Assembly: GCA_963828735.1 (NCBI GenBank)
Contig: CAWHFW010000005.1
Coordinates: 1,824,001 to 1,888,000 of the forward strand
Source: an uncultured Gemmatimonadales bacterium
GTDB lineage: Bacteria > Gemmatimonadota > Gemmatimonadetes > Gemmatimonadales > GWC2-71-9
Length of the DNA: 64,000 nucleotides
Direction: 5' to 3'
Of this stretch, positions 49,463-59,977 are shown piece after piece. The notes under the pieces are model-generated. The model searched no databases. It was given only the letters and a program-made list of their open reading frames with translations, and was not told the origin of the DNA. The translations under genes were made by a program, and so were the position numbers. The stretch's first letter is position 1, and the number at the start of each line of letters is the position of its first letter.

Positions 49463-50395
49463 TCAGCGGGCCATTCGGGACGCATGGGTGGCGGAGCCGA
49501 TCGTGCCGGCGCCACAGCTCTCGAGAAACGATTCCACCGCCGGGGATAGTGGCCCGTCGGCGGTACACAGCGCCAGCCCATACTCGGGTGCCGCCCCCGT
49601 CAGCTCCCGATACCGCACTCGAGGGAAGCGCAGCCGGCTGACGCCGGCCGGCGCGATGGCCACCCCGATTCCGGCAGCCACCAGGCTGATCGCCGCCTGC
49701 CACGAGCCCGCCTCGGCCACGATCGAGAGGCTTACGCCCGCCGCCTGCACGTCGCGCATCATCTGGTCGTACATGTCGGCCGCGGACCACCGGACCACCG
49801 ACACGACGGGCTCCCGGGCCAGCTCGCGCAGCCGGATCTTCCGCATCTTCGCCAGCGGGTGGTCGGTCGGCAGCGCTGCGACGAAGGGCTCACGCCAGGT
49901 TCGGTGGATCCGCAGGCCGGGCTCGGTCACGGGCTCGCTGAGGAAGCCGACGTCGAAATCGCCGTGCCGGAGCTGGGACGCGCCGGGCACGGTAGAGATC
50001 TCGTGCAGCGAGAGGCGCACGCGGGGGTACTCCGACCGGAAGGTCTTCAGCAGGTCCGGCACGACCATCAGCATCCCGATCATCGCATAGCCGATATCGA
50101 TCGTGCCCAGCTCTCCGCGGCCGAGCGCGTGGACCCGGTGCACTCCGCGCTGGAGCTCGCCCAGGGTCTTCCGGGCGGACTCGAGGAACGCGGCGCCGGC
50201 CTCGGTCAGCTCGACGCGGCGGCTGGTGCGGAGGAAGAGCGGCGAGCCGACGACTTCCTCCAAGGCCTTGATCTTCTGGCTCAGGAACGGCTGCGCGATG
50301 CCGAGGCGAGTGGCCGCGCGCCCGAAGTGCAGCTCCTCGGCGAGGGTCGCGAAGTAGCGGAGGGCGCTGAGGCCTAGGCGATCGGCGATATCCAT
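49463..50395 (-). CDS. LysR family transcriptional regulator
   Basis: LRYFATLAEELHFGRAATRLGIAQPFLSQKIKALE; divergent from the transporter across an AT-rich gap. Confidence 0.93.
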   Translation of the reverse strand: MDIADRLGLSALRYFATLAEELHFGRAATRLGIAQPFLSQKIKALEEVVGSPLFLRTSRRVELTEAGAAFLESARKTLGELQRGVHRVHALGRGELGTIDIGYAMIGMLMVVPDLLKTFRSEYPRVRLSLHEISTVPGASQLRHGDFDVGFLSEPVTEPGLRIHRTWREPFVAALPTDHPLAKMRKIRLRELAREPVVSVVRWSAADMYDQMMRDVQAAGVSLSIVAEAGSWQAAISLVAAGIGVAIAPAGVSRLRFPRVRYRELTGAAPEYGLALCTADGPLSPAVESFLESCGAGTIGSATHASRMAR

Positions 50396-50437
50396 ACCGC
50401 TATTGATACATAGTAACTGAGTATTGGACAAGAATGG

Positions 50438-51886
50438 GTGCTCGTTGCCATGTTGTCGGCTCGCCGGAACGCGCCGGCGAGTCCGACCACCGCCACCGGA
50501 GCGCCAGCACCCGTCATGACCGCCGCGGTCACCGCCGTCCCCTCTCAGCCGCTCCAGGCGCAGCCGCTTCCGGCTCGGCCGCTTCCCGGTCGAATCGGCC
50601 CGAGCCGCCGGATCGCGCTCGCCATGCTCGTGGGCGTCGGCCTCGGTCTCTGCTTCCCCGACCGCGCGCAGGGCGACTTCTTCCATGCGACCGATCTGCA
50701 GGTCCTGTCGGCGCTGTTCCTCCGGATGATCTCGATGACGATCGTCCCGCTGCTGTTCGCCACGCTGGTGGTGGGGATCGCCGCGCACGGCGACGACTTG
50801 AAGCGCATGGGCCGGCTCGCCGTGCGGTCGCTGCTCTACTTCGAGGTCGTCACCACGCTCGCCCTCGGCGTGGGGCTCCTGGCCGTGAACCTCGTGCGGC
50901 CGGGCGTCGGCGTGAGCCTGGACACAGGAGGCGGGGTTGTCGCCACCCTGCCGGCGACAGCGACGCCCACCTTCGCCGCGGTGCTGGAGCACAGCGTGCC
51001 GCGGAGCGTATTCGAGGCCGCCGCGGGCAATGAATCGCTGCCGATCGTGGTGTTCACGATCGCCTTCGCCGTCGCGCTGACTGGGGTCGCGGGGCCGGCG
51101 CGGGCGTTCATGCTGTCGTTCTGCGAGAGCCTGAGCCAGGTGATGTTCCGGCTGGTCGCGATGGTCATGACCTTCGCGCCGGTAGGCGTGGGCGCCGCCG
51201 TCGCGGTGACGGTGGGCCGGAACGGACTCGGCGCCCTGGCGCGGCTCGGCGTACTCGTGCTCACCCTCTATGGCGCGCTGCTCGCCTTCGCGGCCCTCGT
51301 GCTGCTGCCCATCGCGCTCGCCTGGAAGGTGCCGATCCGGCGTTTCTGGGCGGCGACAAGGGAGCCCTGGCTGCTCGCATTCTCCACGGCCTCGTCTGAG
51401 TGCGCGCTGCCGCTCGCCTTCCGGAACCTGGAGCGGCTCGGCGTGCCGCGACGGATCGTGTCGTTCGTCCTGCCGGCCGGCTACACGTTCAACATGGACG
51501 GCACCACTCTCTACCTCAGCCTGGCCTCGGTATTCGTGGCGCAGGCGGCCGGTGTCGACATGCCGCTGTCCCGGCAGCTGCTCATGATGCTGACGCTGAT
51601 GCTCACCAGCAAAGGCCTGGCCGCGGTGCCACGGGCATCGCTGGTGATTCTCGCGGGCACGGCGGCGCAGTTCGGGCTGCCGCTCGAGGGCGTGGCCGTC
51701 ATTCTCGGCGTGGACGCGCTGATGGACATGGCGCGCACCTCCCTCAACGTCGTCGGGAACTGCCTCGCGAGCGTGGTGATGGCGCGCTGGGAGGGAGAGT
51801 TCGACGCGGCGCCGGACGCGACCGCGGAGAGATCGTCGGGCGGGGCGCCGCTCCACGGCACCTATCGAACGGAACCGTCACTATGA
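50438..51886 (+). CDS. Dicarboxylate/amino acid:cation symporter (DAACS, GltP/DctA-like); start uncertain
   Basis: FSTASSE, GYTFNMDG, TSKG and DMARTSLNVVGN. Confidence 0.92.
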   Translation: MLVAMLSARRNAPASPTTATGAPAPVMTAAVTAVPSQPLQAQPLPARPLPGRIGPSRRIALAMLVGVGLGLCFPDRAQGDFFHATDLQVLSALFLRMISMTIVPLLFATLVVGIAAHGDDLKRMGRLAVRSLLYFEVVTTLALGVGLLAVNLVRPGVGVSLDTGGGVVATLPATATPTFAAVLEHSVPRSVFEAAAGNESLPIVVFTIAFAVALTGVAGPARAFMLSFCESLSQVMFRLVAMVMTFAPVGVGAAVAVTVGRNGLGALARLGVLVLTLYGALLAFAALVLLPIALAWKVPIRRFWAATREPWLLAFSTASSECALPLAFRNLERLGVPRRIVSFVLPAGYTFNMDGTTLYLSLASVFVAQAAGVDMPLSRQLLMMLTLMLTSKGLAAVPRASLVILAGTAAQFGLPLEGVAVILGVDALMDMARTSLNVVGNCLASVVMARWEGEFDAAPDATAERSSGGAPLHGTYRTEPSL

Positions 51887-52416
51887 CGCTCGCCGTGATG
51901 CCGCCGCGGGTGGGTCCCATCGCCTCGACACAGCTCGACGACCTGGGGCCGGCGCTGGTGGAGTTGCTGCTCGAGACGGTGAACGGCGGGGAGCCGCTCG
52001 GGTTCCTGCCGCCGGTAACGCCGCACGAATGCCGGAACTACTGGCTGTCACTCCGATCCGAGCTGCGCGGCGGGTCGCGGCTGCTGTTCGGCATCTGGGT
52101 GGCGGATCGCCTGGCCGGGTCCGGGCAGCTCGCGCTGCCGCGCTGGCCCAACGCGCGTCACCGGGTGGAGGTGAACAAACTGCTTGTTGCCCCCGCGCTC
52201 AGGGGACAGGGCATCGGGCGATGCCTGCTCGAGGCCATGCACGAGGCGGCCCGCCAGCGCGGGCGGACACTGGTGGTGCTGAACACGCGGCGCGGCGGCC
52301 ACGGCGAGGCGTTCTATCGCGCGCTGGGGTACCGTGAGGCGGGGCTGATTCCGGGGTATGCCGTCGGGCCGGGAGGAGAAGTGTACGACAGCCTGCTGCT
52401 GTATCAGTGCCTGTGA
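51883..52416 (+). CDS. GNAT family N-acetyltransferase
   Basis: HRVEVNKLLV, RGQGIG and FYRALGY; ATGA overlap with the transporter. Confidence 0.88.
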   Translation: MTLAVMPPRVGPIASTQLDDLGPALVELLLETVNGGEPLGFLPPVTPHECRNYWLSLRSELRGGSRLLFGIWVADRLAGSGQLALPRWPNARHRVEVNKLLVAPALRGQGIGRCLLEAMHEAARQRGRTLVVLNTRRGGHGEAFYRALGYREAGLIPGYAVGPGGEVYDSLLLYQCL

Positions 52417-52489
52417 TCGGCGGAGCCGGATCCGGCGTAGCGTGCCGGCAGCTCCTGCCTGGCTCGAGGGACGACTGCCGCTCGGGGCG

Positions 52490-52945
52490 TCACGAACCGC
52501 CGCCCACATGCAGCGTCGCCATCTGTATCGGGCTACATGCCACCGGATCCTGATTGTCGGCACAGGCTGAGAAGACGAGATCCGCCTGCCCGGCGGCCTG
52601 CGCCGGTGTCACGGTCCAGACGACGGTCGCGAGGCCGTTCGCGCCGCTCGTGGCCGTCGTGTCGGACAGGTCGCCAGCCGACACGGCGTACCTGAGGCTG
52701 GCGCCGATCACGTGTCCGACGTCGGTGTCCACGACCAGGTCGATCGTGATGACCGCGGCCCCGTCGTCTCGCATGACGGCCTCCGGCTGACCCACCAGGC
52801 TCACGTTATAGCTCTGGATGTCGACGCCCGTGTTGTCGCCACATGCGGCGAGGGTGGCCGTAGTGGCCACCGCGACGGTCCACGCCGTCCGACGGAACAG
52901 CGTGCGATGACCGCTCGACGGCGCGGCGGCTTCGGTGGGACGCAT
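52490..52945 (-). CDS. Lipoprotein with Ig-like (Big_1-like) domain
   Basis: LAAC lipobox; TATSGANGLATVVWT. Confidence 0.65.
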   Translation of the reverse strand: MRPTEAAAPSSGHRTLFRRTAWTVAVATTATLAACGDNTGVDIQSYNVSLVGQPEAVMRDDGAAVITIDLVVDTDVGHVIGASLRYAVSAGDLSDTTATSGANGLATVVWTVTPAQAAGQADLVFSACADNQDPVACSPIQMATLHVGGGS

Positions 52946-53056
52946 CTGGCATCGATCTCCGGTGGCTCGATCCCGGCGCTGGCGCTGGTCGCCGCGGCAT
53001 GGCTCGAGGCCGATAGATGACGTCCGGCGCTACCGCGGGCGCACGTCCGCGGCTTC

Positions 53057-54127
53057 CTACGGCGCGTACACCTCGGTCGGGTTGGGCTTGACGCCGGGGT
53101 CCCAGTGGATCCCGCCGACACCGAGGAGCAACGACTTCCGGCCCCAGGTGATCGGGACGATCTCGGGGTGATCCCAGCGCGGCGCGGCTCTCGAGGTCCA
53201 CCTGTTCGTCGCGGGATCGTACGCGTAGGCCCGACGGACAAAGGTCGCGCTGCTGGTGCTGACCTGGACGACCACGTACAGCTTGCCCTGCAGAACGGCC
53301 CCACGGGCCGACCCGGCCGACGGCAGTGGCGCGAGCGTCTTCCAGCTGTTGGTCGCCGGATCGTACCGGTCGAGCGCTGCCACGGGGTGGTCGAGACTGT
53401 CCCGGCCGCCGACCGCGTAGAACCTGCCGCCGATCACGCCGCCGGCGCCGAATGAATGAAAGTGCGGCGACGACTTCTTGGTGCCCCACATGTTCGTGGA
53501 GGGGTCATAGCGGAAGAGGCGGCGGAACGCCAGGTGATCGCAACCTGCGGGGGGATCGACGTCCGTGCTGCAGGTCCCGGGAAGGACGTACAGCTTGCCG
53601 TCGATGACGCCGGTGATCCCATCCGCCGTGGGCTTCGGGGGCATGGGTTTCTCGGTGAGCGTGTTGGTTGCGGGATCGTAGGCCCGAAAGCCCCCCTCGA
53701 TGAAGCTGAAGTCCGTGGAGAAAGCCACCCCGCCGGAGATGTAGAGCGTGTTCCCGATTCTCCCCACCCCGTTCGATCTGAACACGTTGACCCGCGGCTC
53801 GAGGCTCGGCACCGACCAGGTGTTCGTCCCGATCCGGTAGGTCGCCACGCTGGCGCCGGATCCTCCGTCCTCGTCCCGGCCGCCGAGCAGGTAGACCACG
53901 GATTGCCCGGACGCGTCGGGCACCACGCCGGCCGAGAGCTGGTTCACGAACAGGAAGTTCGGCGGCGCGGCCTTGAGGGTCCAGGTATTCGAGGCGAGGG
54001 CCTCGGCGAGCGGCGCGGCCGGTGCGGGCGCCGCGGATTCGGGCTGCGTCGGGGTCCGGTCCTCGCCGCATCCGGCGACGCCAAGGGCAAAGAGGGCGAG
54101 CACCAGTCGAACGGACGCGCGGGGCAT
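53057..54127 (-). CDS. Kelch-repeat beta-propeller lipoprotein
   Basis: VAGC lipobox; about six Y-x-x-GG...YDPxTNxW repeats. Confidence 0.88.
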   Translation of the reverse strand: MPRASVRLVLALFALGVAGCGEDRTPTQPESAAPAPAAPLAEALASNTWTLKAAPPNFLFVNQLSAGVVPDASGQSVVYLLGGRDEDGGSGASVATYRIGTNTWSVPSLEPRVNVFRSNGVGRIGNTLYISGGVAFSTDFSFIEGGFRAYDPATNTLTEKPMPPKPTADGITGVIDGKLYVLPGTCSTDVDPPAGCDHLAFRRLFRYDPSTNMWGTKKSSPHFHSFGAGGVIGGRFYAVGGRDSLDHPVAALDRYDPATNSWKTLAPLPSAGSARGAVLQGKLYVVVQVSTSSATFVRRAYAYDPATNRWTSRAAPRWDHPEIVPITWGRKSLLLGVGGIHWDPGVKPNPTEVYAP

Positions 54128-54280
54128 GGGGGCCTCCTGATGGGACCGGCCAAGATACAGGAGGCTTTCAAGTAGATCTCAAGGCGGGCTGGAACGGCAA
54201 GGAAGGCAATAGACGCGCGCCGCGGCCGATCGGGCCGTGCGTCAACCTGAAAAGGAAGGATTCCACCAACGCGGTATGAC

Positions 54281-55225
54281 TTACGCGGCTCCCTCCAGCA
54301 GCTGCCGGAACCGCGGGTCGTTGCGCAGCGGATCGAAGGTGGGATCGATCCGAAGCCAACTTGGGGAGATGTAGAAGGGCACCCGGAGCAGCGGCTCGAG
54401 CTGGTCCAGCGCCTTCTCCCGCTCGCCGAGCAGCAGGTAGATACGCACCATCTGGAGCTGGATGTACGGGCCGAAGTAGCCGTCCCGGCTGATCGGCATC
54501 AGCTCCATGCCCCGCCGTCCCTCGCGCAGCGCGTCCGCCCTTCGTCCCAGGTAGGCCAGGGTCAGACCGAGCAACACGTGGCCGGCGAACGGCGGCTCGC
54601 CGGCCAGCATCTCGTAGAGCGTCGCCGAGGGGGCGTAGAGGTCCGACCGGGCGTCGATCTCCTCCTCGTCGATCTGCTCGGGGCTCATGTAGGCCGGCGT
54701 GCCGATTGGACTGCCGCTTCGCGTGATGCCCTCGTCGACGCCGGTCGCGCGGGCGATCCCGAAATCGGCGACGAGGGTGGTGCCGTCGCGCGTGAGCAGG
54801 ATGTTCTCCGGCTTGACGTCGCGGTGGATGACGCCCTGCTGGTGCGCGTAGTCCAACGCGCGGGCTGCCTCCGTCGTGATGCGGAGCGCGTCCTCCAGCG
54901 GCAGCCGGCGCTCTCGTCGCAACCGCTCTCGGAGCGACTCGCCCTCGACGAAAGGCATGATATACCACAGCTCGCCGGTGCTGCCGGAGTCGAGCACGGT
55001 CAGGATGTGCGGGTGCTGGAGCCGGGCGGCGAAGTGGATCTCGCGCTGGAACCGTTCGGGCGCGGACCTGGCGGTGAGCTCGGGCAGGAGGATCTTGAGG
55101 GCGACCGGACGGTCGTATCGGAGGTCGTGCGCGAGGTAGACCACGCCCATGCCGCTACGGCCGAGCTCGCGCTCGATCGTGTAGCGCTCGGCCAGCGCCT
55201 CGCGAACCTTGTCCGGCACGTCCAT
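54281..55225 (-). pseudogene. Ser/Thr kinase with an in-frame internal deletion, fused to a TPR-type C-terminal tail
   Basis: The kinase stops after LAGEPPFAG and runs into HVLLGLTLAYLG...DPTFDPLRNDPRF; degenerate GRSG and DLYAPSA motifs. Confidence 0.7.
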
Positions 55226-55448
55226 GCGACGGCTCCGGGAGAGAGCTCCGGTGGAGGACCGCGACCCTAAGTAAGCGGGCGGCGAGGGGCCACGCCAGCA
55301 GCGCGGCAGCCGTGCGCCGACGATTCGTAGCCGCGGGCCCCGCGGGGAAACTCCAGTGCGGACGACGACGTAAATTGCCGTGGGAACGCCGCGCGGGCAG
55401 TGCCGCGGCCGCGCCCGTTCCCGCCACCCCGACCACGAGCTGACACGC

Positions 55449-57785
55449 GTGCTCGTACTCCTGATGCTCCTCCAAACGACGGCCTCGGGTCCTCCACCGA
55501 CCCCGGGAGACTCCGGTGTACCCGCGGGTTTGGTCGCGAACGCCGGCGGGCAGGGTCTCGCGGTGGACGGTAAAGGCTCGCCCACGGCCGCCATTCCGCG
55601 CATCGAGACCGCCGCCGAGGTCCGCGTGGACGGCATCCTCGACGAGCCGGCCTGGCAGCAGGCGACCCGTCTCACCGGCTTCTGGCAGTACCAACCGGTA
55701 GACGGCCGCGCCGCGGAGGAGGCCACGGAGGTGCTGGTCTGGTACGCGCCGGACGCGATCTGGTTCGGCATCGTGGCCCACGACAAGGTGCCGGGCTCGA
55801 TCCGGGCCACCGTGGCCGACCGCGACAACATCGACAACGACGACAACATCGTCCTCGACATCGACACGTTCCACGACCGGCGCCGGGCCTTCCAGTTCGG
55901 CGTGAACCCACTCGGCGTGCAGAGCGACGGGGTGCGGAGCGAGGGCGCGGGCCAGGTGTCGAGCCTCATCCCTGGAAGCGTCGATCTGAATCCCGACTTC
56001 ACCTGGGAGTCCAAAGGCCGGATCACCAGCCAGGGGTACACGGTGGAGATCCGCATCCCGTTCAAGAGTCTGCGCTACCCCGGCGGCGTACAGCAGAGCT
56101 GGGGCTTCAACGTGACGCGCGTCGTGCAGCGCACCGGCTACACCGATACCTGGACCGACGTGCGCCGCGCGAGTGCCAGCTTCATCGGCCAGGAGGGGGC
56201 GATCGGGGGTCTCCACGACCTGAAGCGGGGCGTCGCCGTCGAGGCCCAGCCGTTCGTGACCGCCACCGCCAACGGCGCTCGCGACGACGCCACCGGCAGC
56301 TTCGAGCGAGACGACGTCAATCCCGACGCGGGCCTCAACTTCCGGCTCGGCTTCACCAGCTACTCGCTCGACGCGACCATCAACCCCGACTTCAGCCAGG
56401 TGGAGAGCGACGCGGGGCAGGTGACCGTGAACGAGCGCTTCGCCCTGTTCTATCCCGAGAAGCGGCCGTTCTTCCTCGAGGGGATCGAGCTGTTCGGGAC
56501 GCCGAACACCCTGGTCTACACCCGCCGGATCGTGGACCCGAAGGCCGGCGCCAAGTTCACCGGGAAGTTCGGCCAGCTCGGCGTCGCCTACCTCGCCGCC
56601 GTGGACCAGACCGAGGCTGGCGACGCCTGGTTCAACATCGCCCGGCTCCGGCGCGACTTCGGCCGCAACTCGATCGCGGGCGTCACCTTCGCCAACCGCG
56701 ACCAGGGCGACCTGCACAACCGGGTGCTCGCCGGCGACTTCCGCTACGTATGGGGACTCTACTATGCCCAGGCCCAGCTCGGCGGCTCCTACACCAGTGA
56801 TGCGGCCGGCAGCCGCACCGCGCCCATCTGGCAGGCCGAATGGGACCGCACGGGCCGCTCGTGGGGCTTCAACTATCTATTGAAGGGCCTGGGGAACGGG
56901 TTCGACGACCAGGCCGGCTTCGTCAATCGGCTCCGGAGCAACGTCGTCAACGGCCACTTCTTCAACCGGCTCAGCGCCTACGGCGCCCGCGGCGCGGTGT
57001 TCGAGAATCTCAACGTGTTCTTTGGTCCGGACCGCACGTGGGCCTACGACCAGTTCGGGTTCAAACCAGCGCTCGAGGGGTTCGACCAGGTGGACGCCAC
57101 GGTCCAGCTCCGCGGCGGCTGGGAGCTGAATGGCCACGTCCAGCGCGATTTCGTGGACTTCCAGGACTCGACCTACACCGGCTACACGGTCGGAAGCGCC
57201 GGCGGCCCGGTCTACCAGCCGGCCGAGGACTTCTCCGGCTTCTGGTGGCAGACGCAGGTGACCACGCCGACCTGGCAGCAGTTCGGCGGCTTCCTGCAGT
57301 ATCGGAACGGGCGGGCGGCGATCTTCCAGGAAGGCGGAACCGGCAACTATTGGCAGCTCACCGGCGAGCTCGACTTCCGGCCGGTGTCCACGGTGCGGAT
57401 GGCGCTCACGGGGATCGTGTTCCGGCTCGACCGGCTCGACGGCCGCGAGTTCGCGCGCTCCACCATCCCACGTCTCAAGATCGAGTACCAACCCAGGCGC
57501 GAGCTGTTCTTCCGGGCGATCGGCGAATACCGCTCCGACCACACGGCGGCGCTGGAGGACCCGGTGACGGGGGCGCCGCTCTTCATCGGCGGGGTGGCGC
57601 AGCCGGCCGCCGAGTTCAACGGGATGCGCGTGGACCTTCTCGCCTCGTTCGAACCGACGCCGGGGACGGTGGCGTTCCTCGGCTACGGCAGCTCGCTCGA
57701 GACCGACGAGGCGTTCAACTGGTCGCGGCTCTCGCGAACCACCGACGGGTTCTTCGTGAAGCTGGCGTACCAGATCCGGCGGTAG
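55449..57785 (+). CDS. DUF5916 / CBM9-like outer membrane beta-barrel protein; start uncertain
   Basis: VDGILDEPAW, EIRIPFKSLRY, INPDFSQVESD and PEKRPFFLE; C-terminal FFVKLAY strand. Confidence 0.85.
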   Translation: MLVLLMLLQTTASGPPPTPGDSGVPAGLVANAGGQGLAVDGKGSPTAAIPRIETAAEVRVDGILDEPAWQQATRLTGFWQYQPVDGRAAEEATEVLVWYAPDAIWFGIVAHDKVPGSIRATVADRDNIDNDDNIVLDIDTFHDRRRAFQFGVNPLGVQSDGVRSEGAGQVSSLIPGSVDLNPDFTWESKGRITSQGYTVEIRIPFKSLRYPGGVQQSWGFNVTRVVQRTGYTDTWTDVRRASASFIGQEGAIGGLHDLKRGVAVEAQPFVTATANGARDDATGSFERDDVNPDAGLNFRLGFTSYSLDATINPDFSQVESDAGQVTVNERFALFYPEKRPFFLEGIELFGTPNTLVYTRRIVDPKAGAKFTGKFGQLGVAYLAAVDQTEAGDAWFNIARLRRDFGRNSIAGVTFANRDQGDLHNRVLAGDFRYVWGLYYAQAQLGGSYTSDAAGSRTAPIWQAEWDRTGRSWGFNYLLKGLGNGFDDQAGFVNRLRSNVVNGHFFNRLSAYGARGAVFENLNVFFGPDRTWAYDQFGFKPALEGFDQVDATVQLRGGWELNGHVQRDFVDFQDSTYTGYTVGSAGGPVYQPAEDFSGFWWQTQVTTPTWQQFGGFLQYRNGRAAIFQEGGTGNYWQLTGELDFRPVSTVRMALTGIVFRLDRLDGREFARSTIPRLKIEYQPRRELFFRAIGEYRSDHTAALEDPVTGAPLFIGGVAQPAAEFNGMRVDLLASFEPTPGTVAFLGYGSSLETDEAFNWSRLSRTTDGFFVKLAYQIRR

Positions 57786-57859
57786 CTCGGCCTGCTCTAG
57801 TGCCCATCCCGCTCGAATTCAGCAGCGTTCGCGGCGGCCCCGGGCAAGATCCCTCGCGT

Positions 57860-57889
57860 TGGGCGCGGTCCCCGGAGGAGCCGCGCCCC
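57860..57889. terminator. GC hairpin between convergent genes
   Basis: GGGCGCGG...CCGCGCCC stem; no clear U-tract. Confidence 0.4.
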
Positions 57890-57904
57890 ACCGCGCCTTC
57901 GACG

Positions 57905-59080
57905 TCAGGTCGTCGCGTCGGGCGCCGTGATCGTTGGATAGGCCGCCACGAACAGGGCGTGGAACTCGTCGGCCGTGAGGATGTGGCCCTGCTTCTGGGC
58001 CTGGTCGGCCACCTCGAACCCGAACTCTGCCGAGCGCATCCGCTGGTTGGGCGTGCCATGGTGGCCAGGGTTGTCGAACGCGCAGTCGCCGATGTTGAAG
58101 AAGACCTGCAGGAACTCGGCGACCCGCTTCTGGTTCAGCGCCGCGCCCCGACTGTGCGTCAGGTAGTAGGCGGAGAATGCATCCGCCATGAGCTCGGTGT
58201 ACCGGGTCTGCTCGGCCGGGGAGCCGTTGGTGGCGAGCGGGTCGTTGAAGTAGCCCCGCTGGAACTGGATGTGGTGTCCGAACTCGTGGGCGTAGACCGC
58301 CTGGGGCGCCACATCGTCGAAGCCGATCACCTTGTAGCTCTCCAGGACGCCGTCGCCCACCACGATCTTGTTCGGTCTTGCCGCGCCGTCGCCGGGAACG
58401 GCGAATGCGTTGAACGTCCACAGCGGGTAGTTGCCGCCGTCCATCGTGGTGGACGCGGCCAGCGCGTCATGCACGGTCTGGGCGAAGAAGACCGCCAGGT
58501 CGTGAGAGATCGGCGATCCGCCCACGGTGAAGGCGGCCTCGTACACTCGCGCCACCCGATCGACGTCCAGCAGCATGGTCCCGTGCATGGCGACGAGCTG
58601 GATATCGTCCGAATCGATGTCCCAGAACCGTTTCACGTCCCGCTCGACCTTGGTCATCGTGTGGTCGTATTCACCGGTGTAGCCGAAGAACTGGGGCGTG
58701 GCCTCGGTGGTGAACAGGATCCCGTCCACGCTGGGCACCTGGTCCGCCGCGAGGTTGACGAGGGTGAAGAAGATGTCGGGCTCGACGGCGATGGAATGGT
58801 CGATCGTCTCGTTCAGGTAGTCGATGAGTGGGGTGGACGGCGGGCAAACGAACTGGGTGGAGTCGATGACCCGGCGCGTGAGATCGGAGTACTGCGTCTC
58901 CATCTTCTGTGCCGACGCCGGGAGCCTGAGATTGTCCCGGTCCACCTTTGGCTTCGTCGATTGTTGAGCGAATGCGGGGTCGCCCGAGGATGGGGCCGTC
59001 GGCTCGAGCTTCTGATCTTCGCACCCGGCCGTGCCAAGGGCTGCAGCCAGGAGTGCACCGAGGAAAATGTGCCTTCGCAT
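57905..59080 (-). CDS. Neutral zinc metallopeptidase lipoprotein
   Basis: TAGC lipobox, NAFA, HEFGH, ELMAD and HHGT; AGGAG RBS. Confidence 0.82.
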   Translation of the reverse strand: MRRHIFLGALLAAALGTAGCEDQKLEPTAPSSGDPAFAQQSTKPKVDRDNLRLPASAQKMETQYSDLTRRVIDSTQFVCPPSTPLIDYLNETIDHSIAVEPDIFFTLVNLAADQVPSVDGILFTTEATPQFFGYTGEYDHTMTKVERDVKRFWDIDSDDIQLVAMHGTMLLDVDRVARVYEAAFTVGGSPISHDLAVFFAQTVHDALAASTTMDGGNYPLWTFNAFAVPGDGAARPNKIVVGDGVLESYKVIGFDDVAPQAVYAHEFGHHIQFQRGYFNDPLATNGSPAEQTRYTELMADAFSAYYLTHSRGAALNQKRVAEFLQVFFNIGDCAFDNPGHHGTPNQRMRSAEFGFEVADQAQKQGHILTADEFHALFVAAYPTITAPDATT

Positions 59081-59374
59081 AGATCGTGATCTCCTGCAGA
59101 ACAATTGCGGTGGGACCAGCTGCCAACGCGGAAGTGGTACAGCGTGCCCGAAGGCCGAGGCGGCCCGTCTCGGCGGAGCGATTTTAGTCTAGGGAGAGTG
59201 ATTGTCGATGGCAACAACGCCCGGCGGGCAGACGAGACGTTCTGCAAGTACTTGCAGGATCGCGCATAGTTATTCCGATGGCATTCTCTCTCGGCAGAAC
59301 GTTCCTTTCGCCGTCAATCCGCCCGCGAAATACCATCCGGTCGTTGCGAGCATGCGGACCCCGGCCTCATTCAC

Positions 59375-59977
59375 CTATCGGCGAAAGGCCCCGAGCCAGC
59401 GCTCGCCGGTGCCGGTGAAATCCCAGCGCATGGTGGACGCGGGCGCCGGATGCTCGGTGCGCATGATCGAATGCCCCACGTACGCCGTCGAGTCCGCCTC
59501 GATCGTCTCCGCGCCGAGCGAGACCATCTCGCGTGAGTGCAGCCCGGCGCGGCGCAAGGTCGCGACCATGTCGGCGGCCGAGATGGTTGCTTGGCCACGC
59601 GCCCGCAGCCAGCGGGGCGTGAAAATGCCAAGCCATCCGTCGCGCCTGCCGGCGCTCACGCCGTAGACGAACACGCCGCCGGCCTTGAGCCGGCGCGCCG
59701 CGCGTCCGACCACCTCCTGCCAGTCGTCCACCCGCTCGAGCACCTCACGGCAGACGACCGCGTCGAAGTGCTTGCTCTGTCCGGCAAGCCGCTCGCTCAC
59801 GGTCTCGAGCGACGAGTCCTCGAGCGCGATGCGGGTGACGCGGTAGCCGACTCGCGCCAGCTCCGCCGCGATCCCATCGCCCCGGCGGCTGATGTCGAGC
59901 AGCGTCGGGGTCGGCCCCGGGGCGGTGGTCCACTGGTTGGCGAGCACGCGGAGGATGTACCGGTCAACGGTCCGCAT
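59375..59977 (-). CDS. UbiG-like methyltransferase-fold protein with degenerate SAM motif I
   Basis: FDAVVCREVLERV and LKAGGVF are retained; motif I reads LLDISRRGDG. Confidence 0.65.
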   Translation of the reverse strand: MRTVDRYILRVLANQWTTAPGPTPTLLDISRRGDGIAAELARVGYRVTRIALEDSSLETVSERLAGQSKHFDAVVCREVLERVDDWQEVVGRAARRLKAGGVFVYGVSAGRRDGWLGIFTPRWLRARGQATISAADMVATLRRAGLHSREMVSLGAETIEADSTAYVGHSIMRTEHPAPASTMRWDFTGTGERWLGAFRR

